From assembly GCF_047305125.1 (NCBI RefSeq), contig NZ_CP138977.1: a DNA stretch of 24,000 bases. One strand, 5' to 3'. The notes beneath the pieces were generated by a model. The model saw only the letters and a list, made by a program, of their open reading frames with translations. It did not search any database and was not told the DNA's origin. Below, in pieces: positions 7,385 through 14,442 of this stretch (the stretch's first letter is position 1; every line of letters begins with the position of its first letter). Source of the stretch: Prochlorococcus marinus str. MIT 9201 (GTDB lineage: Bacteria; Cyanobacteriota; Cyanobacteriia; PCC-6307; Cyanobiaceae). The translations under genes were made by a program, and so were the position numbers.

Positions 7385-7516
7385 TTAATATAGCAGTGCA
7401 AGTAGTAAGCTTCCCATCTTCTTCTGTTTTTTATATTTAAAAATAAGTTTGTTCAATTCGAAATAACTAATAACAGCAAAAAAGGTATAAATGGACATAC
7501 AAAAGAGGGTAGTCAT
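7385..7516 (-). CDS. Small hydrophobic peptide, 43 aa (MTTLFCMSIYTFFAVISYFELNKLIFKYKKQKKMGSLLLALLY)
   Basis: The track ORF 7385..7585 is trimmed to an internal ATG because its 5' part reads through element copy 4. DNA-level paralogue of 19365..19454. Confidence 0.4.
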   Translation of the reverse strand: MTTLFCMSIYTFFAVISYFELNKLIFKYKKQKKMGSLLLALLY

Positions 7517-7543
7517 AACCTCTAATGTAGATCGATTGTCAAT
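7501..7543 (-). promoter_or_regulatory. Composite junction element copy 4
   Basis: Minus strand: ATTGACAATCGATCTACATTAGAGGTTATGACTACCCTCTTTT. It starts just after the stop of 7548..7814. Confidence 0.55.
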
Positions 7544-7547
7544 CGAA

Positions 7548-7814
7548 TTATTTTGTTTTAAGTTCAGGTTCGTACACAGCACCATTGCAAACTGCTACCG
7601 CAATACTTTCTTTTGATGCTTTATCCCAACTTTTTAGTTCCATCTCATATTTATCAATCCAATGAAAAGTTTTTTTAAAGCATTGATTCCAATAAAATGC
7701 TTTTTTTGAAATAGGAATCAAGGAAATAAAAATGAGTACTATTGCAGTTGTAGATGTAATTACACAATATTTGATGATTTTTGGGCCTTTATTAGGAGAC
7801 ATGAAAAAGAGCAT
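7548..7814 (-). CDS. Hypothetical membrane protein (88 aa, or 84 aa from the second ATG)
   Basis: ORF track. One TM segment (VITSTTAIVLIFISLIPI); no family recognised. Confidence 0.5.
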   Translation of the reverse strand: MLFFMSPNKGPKIIKYCVITSTTAIVLIFISLIPISKKAFYWNQCFKKTFHWIDKYEMELKSWDKASKESIAVAVCNGAVYEPELKTK

Positions 7815-7846
7815 TTTATCCCTCTCATTTTAGATCAACTGTCAAT
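7804..7846 (-). promoter_or_regulatory. Composite junction element copy 5
   Basis: Minus strand: ATTGACAGTTGATCTAAAATGAGAGGGATAAAATGCTCTTTTTCATG. The TGA stop of 7842..8021 lies inside the TTGACA. Confidence 0.55.
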
Positions 7847-8021
7847 CATTTTTCTCTTGTATCTTCTTTAGTCTTTCGTATTCAACATGTAGAACACCCA
7901 AACGCCAAGCATCTTTTAATCCTTTCACACCTCCCATTAATAGCTTTGCATCTGCAGGGGAATGTGACTTAATATTCAAGAAATCTTTTTGCCAAGATTT
8001 GTCATACCATTTATTAGTCAT
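7842..8021 (-). CDS. Hypothetical soluble protein, 59 aa (MTNKWYDKSWQKDFLNIKSHSPADAKLLMGGVKGLKDAWRLGVLHVEYERLKKIQEKND)
   Basis: Manual translation; one codon below the track cutoff. Third gene of the chain 8273->7842. Confidence 0.45.
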   Translation of the reverse strand: MTNKWYDKSWQKDFLNIKSHSPADAKLLMGGVKGLKDAWRLGVLHVEYERLKKIQEKND

Positions 8022-8034
8022 TCAATTTATTCCT

Positions 8035-8118
8035 TTAGTAATGCCAAAGTAACCAAAATAATCCACAGCCATAAATAATCCCTATCGTTAGAATTATTGC
8101 CAAAGAAAATTTTTTCAT
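8035..8118 (-). CDS. Small hydrophobic peptide, 27 aa (MKKFSLAIILTIGIIYGCGLFWLLWHY)
   Basis: Manual translation. Its ATG overlaps the TGA of the upstream ORF (ATGA). Paralogue of 13503..13571, sharing ...GII..CGLFWLL.HY*. Confidence 0.5.
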   Translation of the reverse strand: MKKFSLAIILTIGIIYGCGLFWLLWHY

Positions 8119-8273
8119 TTAATTAAAAATCTACCCATATCATTCATGAAAAACCAAATTGCTATTGAGAGATTTAATACTACTGTGATAGAAATGGATA
8201 TTATTAAAAACTTTTTACCAACTCCTGATTGATTTGAAGCTTTACCAGCAACTGAAATCGACTCAAGTTTCAT
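8115..8273 (-). CDS. Small membrane protein, 52 aa (MKLESISVAGKASNQSGVGKKFLIISISITVVLNLSIAIWFFMNDMGRFLIK)
   Basis: Manual translation. First ORF downstream of element copy 6. Confidence 0.45.
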   Translation of the reverse strand: MKLESISVAGKASNQSGVGKKFLIISISITVVLNLSIAIWFFMNDMGRFLIK

Positions 8274-8276
8274 ATC

Positions 8277-8318
8277 AAAAAGGGGTTAACTGAAGATTAT
8301 TCTAAATCAACTGTCAAT
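8277..8318 (-). promoter_or_regulatory. Composite junction element copy 6 (no clear hairpin)
   Basis: Minus strand: ATTGACAGTTGATTTAGAATAATCTTCAGTTAACCCCTTTTTGATATG. Confidence 0.5.
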
Positions 8319-8546
8319 CATTATTAACCAGAATTCACTGATCTAGTGCTTAGATAGTGATCAGCTACCTTTATCAAATTCAAAACTATAAGATAACGAA
8401 AAGGAGATACAAAGGGTAGAAGTTGAATATTTTAGTCATTATCAAACCGCTACCCGAAATTGCAATTTCGTTACAATCAAAAATAAATTTTCTCTACTAC
8501 TGTTGTCGTGTATTAACTGAAGTCAGTTATTAAAAAAGGGGACCCT

Positions 8547-8693
8547 CTAAACTTGTTTTGGAGCATAATCACAAATACCGAATTGCATACATTCCATTTG
8601 ATCATCAGATAGCTTTTTTTCAACTGAGAACATATCAAGCCAATTATCAACTGCTTTTTGAAGTTTATGTTTAATAGGATTTCTGCAAGTCAT
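8547..8693 (-). CDS. Hypothetical protein, 48 aa (MTCRNPIKHKLQKAVDNWLDMFSVEKKLSDDQMECMQFGICDYAPKQV)
   Basis: Manual translation. A canonical AAGGAGG (8700-8706) sits 6 nt upstream of the ATG. Confidence 0.45.
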   Translation of the reverse strand: MTCRNPIKHKLQKAVDNWLDMFSVEKKLSDDQMECMQFGICDYAPKQV

Positions 8694-8770
8694 AATTAAC
8701 CTCCTTTGATCTGGTATTTATCTAGTATCAGTCAAATATAAAAATCAAGAGTGCAAATACCTAAAAAATA

Positions 8771-8793
8771 AGAGGGCATTTATTCTGCCCTCT
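8771..8793 (-). terminator. GC hairpin (8-bp stem AGAGGGCA/TGCCCTCT) followed by a T-run on the minus strand
   Basis: Minus strand: AGAGGGCAGAATAAATGCCCTCTTATTTTTT. It resembles the hairpin part of the junction element but lacks the ATTGACAGTCGATC block. Confidence 0.4.
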
Positions 8794-8978
8794 TCGAGTC
8801 TTAGGTACCTCGCTATCCACAAAGTCGATGAAGTACTTTTGGCTACTGTACTATTTTTAATTCAAATGAATTCGAAAAGATATTCTTGACAACCACAAAG
8901 CACTTTTACTCGGGTAATAATACTCTATGAATTTCAAGTCAAAAGGAGGAAAATATAGATATAGATCTAGGAGGTCTT

Positions 8979-9161
8979 ATGAAACTATTCAATCAATTTA
9001 ACATTCTTCCAAGATACATAACGGCGTTTAATTATTCAGGATTAAACCTTAACGAAACTCCAAAAGAACTTGAGAAATGTAATCCTGATTTTCAAAACTT
9101 TTGGGAGAAAGAGTGTAGAGAACATCCAACAAATCAAAATTGTTTAATTTACTGTAACTGA
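8979..9161 (+). CDS. Hypothetical Cys-containing small protein (60 aa)
   Basis: ORF track. AGGAGG (8969-8974) sits 4 nt upstream of the ATG. First gene of a plus-strand operon. Confidence 0.55.
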   Translation: MKLFNQFNILPRYITAFNYSGLNLNETPKELEKCNPDFQNFWEKECREHPTNQNCLIYCN

Positions 9162-9200
9162 GTTATTAATTTTTATTCTTTAATTAAATAAGGAGGTTTT

Positions 9201-9350
9201 ATGAAATTAACTACACCATTCACAATCCTCAATCAAAATTTCCGAGAAACGGATTTGATTAAGGAAGCAATGAATAACAGAAGATTAGCAACTGAAAGAT
9301 TGCATTTAGATTATAGAAAAATGTATAAAAACCACCAATTTCCTTATTAG
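9201..9350 (+). CDS. Hypothetical protein, 49 aa (MKLTTPFTILNQNFRETDLIKEAMNNRRLATERLHLDYRKMYKNHQFPY)
   Basis: Manual translation. AGGAGG (9191-9196) sits 4 nt upstream of the ATG. Confidence 0.5.
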   Translation: MKLTTPFTILNQNFRETDLIKEAMNNRRLATERLHLDYRKMYKNHQFPY

Positions 9351-9356
9351 TAATTA

Positions 9357-9470
9357 ATGGGATTTTTAAATGATCTTTGGAATAATCAACCAAATATACT
9401 TATTGGAGTAGCTTTAGCGACATTTGTATTGTTAGGGATTTATACAAAATTACTCGATATTTATCAATGA
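9357..9470 (+). CDS. Small membrane peptide, 37 aa (MGFLNDLWNNQPNILIGVALATFVLLGIYTKLLDIYQ)
   Basis: Manual translation. Clear paralogue at 15136..15249. Confidence 0.6.
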   Translation: MGFLNDLWNNQPNILIGVALATFVLLGIYTKLLDIYQ

Positions 9471-9538
9471 AAATTAACTCGCAAGGATGGGGCTTAATTT
9501 TTAGTATTGGTTCAATTATTTGTTTGTTAATTATTTAA
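9467..9538 (+). CDS. Small hydrophobic peptide, 23 aa (MKINSQGWGLIFSIGSIICLLII)
   Basis: Manual translation. It has an ATGA overlap with the upstream ORF and a TAATG overlap with the downstream ORF. Paralogue on the minus strand at 13418..13489. Confidence 0.55.
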   Translation: MKINSQGWGLIFSIGSIICLLII

Positions 9539-9795
9539 TGGAGAAATTAGAAAAATTTACTCTTATCAATAAAGATAGGTCAAGAATAAAAGTATTTGAA
9601 CCATTTGAGGATGTATCAAAGCCTTGTCCAGGTATTGATGCAATACTGATTAGCTATGGATGCGTTTATAAAAAATTAAGCAAACCAGTAATGAAAGGTA
9701 GCAGGGTAGAAACTATTGAAGCTGCAAGAAAAGAATATGCAGAATTATTGAAAGAAGGTTGGAAGAAGACCAGTATTTTTAGAAGTTATTTTTAA
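9538..9795 (+). CDS. Hypothetical 85-aa protein (paralogue of 18017..18274; possibly WGR-like)
   Basis: The track ORF 9520..9795 is trimmed to the ATG overlapping the preceding stop. Shares FTLINKDRSRIKVF / YWLINSNRTEVKRF and A-x-[KE]-[EI]-Y-x-x-L-L-x-x-GW-x-K with 18017..18274, which has the same length. Confidence 0.6.
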   Translation: MEKLEKFTLINKDRSRIKVFEPFEDVSKPCPGIDAILISYGCVYKKLSKPVMKGSRVETIEAARKEYAELLKEGWKKTSIFRSYF

Positions 9796-9862
9796 TCTTT
9801 AGACTATTGCATTTGCATAATTTCCCACCTCTGTTAATTTTAATGGGCTTCAATAAGTTCAA

Positions 9863-10078
9863 ATGCAAGATCAAAGAATTGAAAAGATAGCAGCTGTTGC
9901 GGTAAACATGACTAAGGTGCTGGTAATAATTTTTCTAGGCTTTGTAGAAGTATTTAAAATTGGTAAATTACTTAGAGAGAAGTTAGATGCTGAATTTGAG
10001 GTTTCCCGAAAATGGGCTTCACAAGCTTATTCAATCCTAAAAAAACGACAAGCGGAACGAAAAGCAGCGGGAGTTTAA
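9863..10078 (+). CDS. Hypothetical protein with one TM segment (71 aa)
   Basis: ORF track; no family recognised. Confidence 0.45.
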   Translation: MQDQRIEKIAAVAVNMTKVLVIIFLGFVEVFKIGKLLREKLDAEFEVSRKWASQAYSILKKRQAERKAAGV

Positions 10079-10083
10079 ATTTT

Positions 10084-10179
10084 TTATCTCACAAAATAAA
10101 TAATCCCACCAACAAAGGTACTACCTACAAGTAGCAAAACCATAAGAATTGCAATTAGTTTTGGTAAACTACCAATCAT
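10084..10179 (-). CDS. Small hydrophobic peptide, 31 aa (MIGSLPKLIAILMVLLLVGSTFVGGIIYFVR)
   Basis: Manual translation; single TM-like segment. Confidence 0.35.
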   Translation of the reverse strand: MIGSLPKLIAILMVLLLVGSTFVGGIIYFVR

Positions 10180-10546
10180 TTTTAAAAACCAATATTGTAT
10201 TTAGGATTCGTAATAAAAATAATTAGATTTAAAACAAAGTTTACAGGTAAATTTATAGGCTTCAAAAGTAGTAAAGCCATGCCCTTAGAAACGTTAAAAC
10301 CTTTATTCAAGAAAGTCATCAAAACCTATGTGAAAGTTTTATTACTATTCAAGCCAAGATAACACTTCTATGATTAACAACCAAATTAGATATTGGTTAT
10401 TTTAGTAAAAACCATCCTGATAGTTTGCTTTCAAGATTTCTTAATTCATGCATTATTAACAAATTTCTATTTTTAAAATTCTCTAGCGCAATATTAAATA
10501 AAAATCTGTGCTCAATAATTGTGGATAAATTGCCGGCAAAATATGC

Positions 10547-10960
10547 TTAGTTGAAAGGTGATGTGTTATTGGTAGGAGCTATTAGCAAGATTTCAAAAAT
10601 TATCCCAGTAAGGGCAATAGGTAAAACCCAAATACCAATAAATCTATGATCAAAAAATCTCAAATGATCGTTACCCTTGAAAACACTTCTCAAAGCAGTA
10701 AATAGTGTCTCTGGTTGCTTATATGTTGGACCATTTTTAGAGGGAGAATATGGTTTAACAAAAGCTGATGATGATGAAAACTTTACTAACTTTTTAATGA
10801 AAAAAATTGGCAACACCCATATAGCAACAAATCTACCACCTAACCATTGCCTCGCATTAGGAAGGGCATACTCTTTTATAGATTTATTCTCTGGCATTCC
10901 AGACTCTAAATCTCTATAAATATTTTCTAAAGAATCTTTATTATTTAATTCATTAATCAT
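10547..10960 (-). CDS. Hypothetical membrane protein with an internal repeat (137 aa)
   Basis: ORF track. The repeated segment is GGRFVAIWVLPIFFIKKL / DHRFIGIWVLPIALTGII. Preferred over the antisense ORF 10677..10919. Confidence 0.55.
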   Translation of the reverse strand: MINELNNKDSLENIYRDLESGMPENKSIKEYALPNARQWLGGRFVAIWVLPIFFIKKLVKFSSSSAFVKPYSPSKNGPTYKQPETLFTALRSVFKGNDHLRFFDHRFIGIWVLPIALTGIIFEILLIAPTNNTSPFN

Positions 10961-11259
10961 TAAATTAGCTTGTTAATTTAAATGATTCTAATATAGTAAA
11001 TTCTCTAAAAGTTAAATATTTAATAAAAATATTCCTAACTACTAAAATAACTAAAACGTAGTTAGAAATATTTTCGTTGGCTAGGTTCATAAAGACGGAA
11101 TCTATACCGTTGCAGATTCGCCAAATATCTACATATTCTTTATAAATAAAAAAATCTTTTTTAAAAAGTAAATAATATACAAGTGGATAGATATTTTTTT
11201 AATTAAAAAAGTTTATTTTTTAATCCCAAATTTATATTATTTCTTATTTAAAATATTTA

Positions 11260-11298
11260 AACCTCATTTTCTAAGATTGCGAAAAAGAAAATGAGGTT
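11260..11298. other. Perfect 12-bp inverted repeat (AACCTCATTTTC-N15-GAAAATGAGGTT)
   Basis: Read directly from the sequence. It lies in an ORF-poor ~500-bp stretch, and a second 7-bp hairpin AGTAGAT-N9-ATCTACT sits at ~11345-11367. Confidence 0.5.
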
Positions 11299-11449
11299 AA
11301 AGGGAGGTTCTCATTACAAACCGTACTTATCAAAGCTAGCGGTTAGTAGATTGCCCTAATATCTACTCCTATATTTATATAATGAATTTCTTAATTTAGA
11401 AAGATTAATTTTATACAAATAAGTGTTTAATATTTTATTTAATTATTAT

Positions 11450-11548
11450 TTAGTAAAGGCTAATTAATGCACTTGCTATGCTTATTGAAAGATGGAAAAA
11501 AGCGAAAAGAGAAACTGCAAAAAATAAACACTGTTCTATTGGAATCAT
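11450..11548 (-). CDS. Small hydrophobic peptide, 32 aa (MIPIEQCLFFAVSLFAFFHLSISIASALISLY)
   Basis: Manual translation. Downstream of 11583..11768 on the same strand. Confidence 0.3.
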   Translation of the reverse strand: MIPIEQCLFFAVSLFAFFHLSISIASALISLY

Positions 11549-11582
11549 GGCATTTAAATAAATAAAAATTGATGAAATTAAA

Positions 11583-11768
11583 TTAATTTTTTGTTAAAAA
11601 GATATTTTCCAGAATATAACTTTCTTCAATTGATTCATTTTTTTGAGTCATTTTTTTTGACAAATTATTTGTTGTATTAAAAGCACCCCATTTTCTAAGC
11701 CAATATAAGGTATAGAAAAAAGCAATAATAAAAGGAGCACCTACAACTAAGTATCTTATATCCATCAA
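11583..11768 (-). CDS. Small membrane protein (61 aa); N-terminal paralogue of 11778..12074
   Basis: ORF track. MMDIRYLVVGAPFIIAFFYTLYWLRKWGAF matches [29 protein letters not shown]. Confidence 0.5.
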   Translation of the reverse strand: MMDIRYLVVGAPFIIAFFYTLYWLRKWGAFNTTNNLSKKMTQKNESIEESYILENIFLTKN

Positions 11769-11777
11769 AATACCAAA

Positions 11778-12074
11778 TTAATAAGATTTAAACTGCATGG
11801 CCAAAATAGCACCTAAAAAGAAAACAGTAGGAATGCCTAAAGCGTTTACAGCTGCTGTTCTGACAGTAAAAACAGGATAACCTTCTGGAGGTCTGCCAGT
11901 AGCAGGAACTAGGGCAGTATCATCCCATACCTGATAGTTTTTAAAAGGAGCTACTCCCTTTTTTGGTAGTCCTAGTGGTGTCAATCTAAATACATCCCAT
12001 CTACCTAACCAAAAAACTGTAAATATCCATGAAAATACTATTGGTGTAATGACAAGTACGACTCTAAAATCCAT
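11778..12074 (-). CDS. Conserved-looking two-TM membrane protein (98 aa), function unknown
   Basis: ORF track. N- and C-terminal TM helices with a Pro/Gly-rich loop ([25 protein letters not shown]). No confident family assignment. Confidence 0.6.
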   Translation of the reverse strand: MDFRVVLVITPIVFSWIFTVFWLGRWDVFRLTPLGLPKKGVAPFKNYQVWDDTALVPATGRPPEGYPVFTVRTAAVNALGIPTVFFLGAILAMQFKSY

Positions 12075-12300
12075 TTCTGTAAAAACAATAATTAATTTGG
12101 TAATTATTCTGCCCTTTTTAAATTAATAATTGATTAGATAATTAACTTATATTTATAGAAAAACACTTAATAACATTATTTTTAATCATTAATCACAAAT
12201 AATTATGATTAATTGATTATTTTTTTGTATATTTTTTTAAATAAAAATATTTGAATATTTACTTTGATGTAGATTAATTTTAATTAAAAACTAAAAAAAT

Positions 12301-12666
12301 ATGGAAACTTTTAGATTTTTACTTTTTGGAATCGCAGGAGTAAGTGTAGTATTTTGGGCGGCAGTCATAGCATTGTGGCATACTTATATGTTCCCAAAAT
12401 TCTTTAATGAAGATAAAGTTTTAAATTCAGTTATCAATCAAGAGGTCAATGTCTCAACTGAACCCATTTTAGGTAGCTTAGTTAATAGTGAAAATTTTAA
12501 AAGTAGAGATAAATATTCAATGAAAAATTTAGTTGTAGCCGATTTTTCATCAAGGAATGATTTCAAATTAAATAAACTTTATACAACTGTAATGATTGGA
12601 GTTACTTTCGCAAGTTTTATTTTTCTCACTTATGGATTAAGCAGTTCAATAACAACAGTAAGTTAA
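12301..12666 (+). CDS. Hypothetical two-TM membrane protein (121 aa)
   Basis: ORF track; no family recognised. Confidence 0.5.
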   Translation: METFRFLLFGIAGVSVVFWAAVIALWHTYMFPKFFNEDKVLNSVINQEVNVSTEPILGSLVNSENFKSRDKYSMKNLVVADFSSRNDFKLNKLYTTVMIGVTFASFIFLTYGLSSSITTVS

Positions 12667-12667
12667 T

Positions 12668-12751
12668 ATGGAATCTATATATGTAATTGTTTTTATTACT
12701 TGTTTCGTTTATTTAATTTTTGACTCATTCAAAAATATAAATATTAAATAG
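12668..12751 (+). CDS. Possible small hydrophobic peptide, 27 aa (MESIYVIVFITCFVYLIFDSFKNINIK)
   Basis: Manual translation. The ATG is 2 nt after the stop of 12301..12666. Confidence 0.25.
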   Translation: MESIYVIVFITCFVYLIFDSFKNINIK

Positions 12752-13181
12752 TTTGCTATTGTTTTTTTCCAGCTAATAAAATTTTTCTTCTTATATAAAA
12801 GAATAATAATGTAGTTATTATCATTACAGGTGGATGAAATGATATTGAATTTAAATATTCGAAGTAATCAAATGATTCCAAAATTTTTGCTCATAATTTT
12901 CTTAAACTATATTTCATCTCTCAAATTTTTATTGATTTAAATAGATCAATATCTTGTATAAAATGCTAGTTAAATTTTTCTTAACTAATATTTTCGCACA
13001 AATTACCGACAAATCATTTATTTAAATAAATAAATCCAACATAGATTTTTAGAAATACATGGAGGTTTAGATTGAAATACTTTGTTCTACTTTTTGCCTT
13101 TGAATTACTAAAAGAGATTTGGCTAAAAAAACAAAACATTTATTCCTTAGTATTTGAAATATTTTTTTAGATATTTATTCT

Positions 13182-13421
13182 TTACTTGTTAATTATTTGA
13201 TCAAGGTATTTGGCGTACAAAACATTATTCATTCGTTGGCTCATAGGAAGATAAGTTAGCAACATTAGAATTTCTTTCTCATCATTTTTAGAAATTACAT
13301 ATTGAGAATTTTGTTTCTTAATCCATAACTTACATTCACTAAATGAGGGGTAATTTGGCTCGGTATCAATAATCCAATCAGCGAGTCGATTAAATAATTC
13401 TTTTTTAACTTCTTTATTCAA
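13182..13421 (-). CDS. Hypothetical protein (79 aa), TTG start overlapping the upstream stop
   Basis: ORF track. The start codon TTG overlaps the TGA of 13418..13489 (TTGA). Confidence 0.5.
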   Translation of the reverse strand: MNKEVKKELFNRLADWIIDTEPNYPSFSECKLWIKKQNSQYVISKNDEKEILMLLTYLPMSQRMNNVLYAKYLDQIINK

Positions 13422-13489
13422 ATCAAAAAAATAATTAATATAGTTCCAATACTAAAAATCAAGCTCCAACCCTGCGAGTTGATAGTCAT
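13418..13489 (-). CDS. Small hydrophobic peptide, 23 aa (MTINSQGWSLIFSIGTILIIFLI)
   Basis: Manual translation. Paralogue of 9467..9538. Confidence 0.55.
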   Translation of the reverse strand: MTINSQGWSLIFSIGTILIIFLI

Positions 13490-13502
13490 TTAATTTACTT
13501 CT

Positions 13503-13571
13503 TTAGTAATGCAAAAGTAGCCAAAACAATCCGCATTCGCAAATAATCCCTTCCAATACTATTGCCGACAT
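13503..13571 (-). CDS. Small hydrophobic peptide, 22 aa (MSAIVLEGIICECGLFWLLLHY)
   Basis: Manual translation. Paralogue of 8035..8118. The 3' flanking DNA (TACTAAAGrAr TAAATTrAATGACTA) is also conserved between the two loci. Confidence 0.5.
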   Translation of the reverse strand: MSAIVLEGIICECGLFWLLLHY

Positions 13572-13590
13572 TAGTTTAGTAAGAGTTTCA

Positions 13591-13872
13591 TTAACAATAC
13601 AAAGCTACTGTTTGATCTAAATCTGCACAAGGTTCAATAGTAAATTCCAATAACTCTTTCCAAGGTCTCCATTGTTTCCAAATGATTTCTAGAGAATTAG
13701 CATCTACAACAGAGTAACCATTGCCATGTTGAGGTAAGAAAATCCAAGATTTAACTTCATAACCTTCTGGTCTATTTTGTGGCCCTCCTTTGTCGTACCA
13801 TTCCTTTAGCATTTTTGCTCCCTTTTCTTGGGCATTTGCATCATTGAATTTATAAGAAATTAGAAACAACAT
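13591..13872 (-). CDS. DUF3303-like small protein (93 aa)
   Basis: ORF track. The pattern ...WYDKGGP..PEGYEVKSW......W.PW.ELLEFTIEPC resembles my memory of the DUF3303 family. Tentative. Confidence 0.55.
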   Translation of the reverse strand: MLFLISYKFNDANAQEKGAKMLKEWYDKGGPQNRPEGYEVKSWIFLPQHGNGYSVVDANSLEIIWKQWRPWKELLEFTIEPCADLDQTVALYC

Positions 13873-13876
13873 AAAT

Positions 13877-13921
13877 AAAAAAAAGGAGCTAATTGCTCCT
13901 CATTTTAGATCGACTGTCAAT
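13877..13921 (-). promoter_or_regulatory. Composite junction element copy 7
   Basis: Minus strand: ATTGACAGTCGATCTAAAATGAGGAGCAATTAGCTCCTTTTTTTTATTTATG. It differs from copy 3 at one base over ~44 nt, by eye. Confidence 0.6.
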
Positions 13922-14071
13922 AATAGAAGCATTATTTTGACTAAAAATTGCAATAAAAAAGTTTTTCATAGGGTTTGACGATTTTTAATCATATAAATTT
14001 TCGATCAAAAAAATAAATAATCTTATTCTTCATCAAGATATCCTAAAGTATAAATAATAAATATTTTATTT

Positions 14072-14374
14072 ATGAGGAAATTATTTGCTGCATTCACCGT
14101 TTTCTTAAGTACGTTATTCATTTCTTCAAATTTAAATGCATCATCATTTAACTTGAAAAACGAAACTAATTATCTTACTAGTAATCTTTTAATTTCTTAT
14201 GGCGGCGGCGGCGGCGGTGGTGGTGGCGGAGGGAAGAATTCCGCAAAAGGCAGAGCGAAAGAAAAAGCAAAACTTTTATTTAAGAAAAGACAAGCAGCAA
14301 AAAAAGTTTCTGAAGGTTTACCTTTAACAGAAGAAGAAAAAAAGATCCTTTATTTTGATGAAATTGGAGATTAA
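14072..14374 (+). CDS. Secreted Gly-run / Lys-rich small protein (100 aa)
   Basis: ORF track. Signal peptide MRKLFAAFTVFLSTLFISSNLNA, a run of 11 Gly, and a basic tail. Confidence 0.6.
   Translation: MRKLFAAFTVFLSTLFISSNLNASSFNLKNETNYLTSNLLISYGGGGGGGGGGGKNSAKGRAKEKAKLLFKKRQAAKKVSEGLPLTEEEKKILYFDEIGD
14201..14233 (+). repeat. (GGN)11 trinucleotide run: (GGC)5(GGT)3 GGC GGA GGG
   Basis: Read directly from the sequence. A GC-rich microsatellite inside an AT-rich gene. Confidence 0.9.
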
Positions 14375-14395
14375 AAAAATTTAAAGGTCATAAAT

Positions 14396-14433
14396 AGAGG
14401 GTTTTATCCCTCTATATTAGATCAGCTTTTAAT
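14396..14433 (-). terminator. Composite junction element copy 8 (block degenerate: ATTAAAAGCTGATC); hairpin between convergent genes
   Basis: Minus strand: ATTAAAAGCTGATCTAATATAGAGGGATAAAACCCTCT. It lies between the stops of 14072..14374 (+) and 14443..14832 (-), so it is a likely bidirectional terminator. Confidence 0.5.
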
Positions 14434-14442
14434 ATTACCTAA

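Noticed and set aside
7385-7585. Full-length track ORF 7385..7585 (-) and the N-terminal extension of 15800..16147 (-)
   Set aside because: Their 5' parts are translations of junction elements 4 and 10, and in the first case also of the tail of the upstream gene. Both were trimmed to internal ATGs supported by paralogue alignment.
8513-8529. 16-nt palindrome taactgaagtcagtta downstream of 8547..8693
   Set aside because: The loop would be only 2 nt, there is no adjacent T-run on the relevant strand, and palindromes of this size are common in AT-rich DNA.
8886-8923. TTGACA at 8886-8891 as the promoter of the plus-strand operon
   Set aside because: The nearest TAATAA/TAATAC hexamers are ~23-26 bp downstream, not 16-18 bp. 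This cannot be supported as a promoter from sequence alone.
10677-10919. Track ORF 10677..10919 (+), TTG start
   Set aside because: It is antisense to the longer minus-strand ORF, which has TM helices and an internal repeat. It has no start context or recognisable features.
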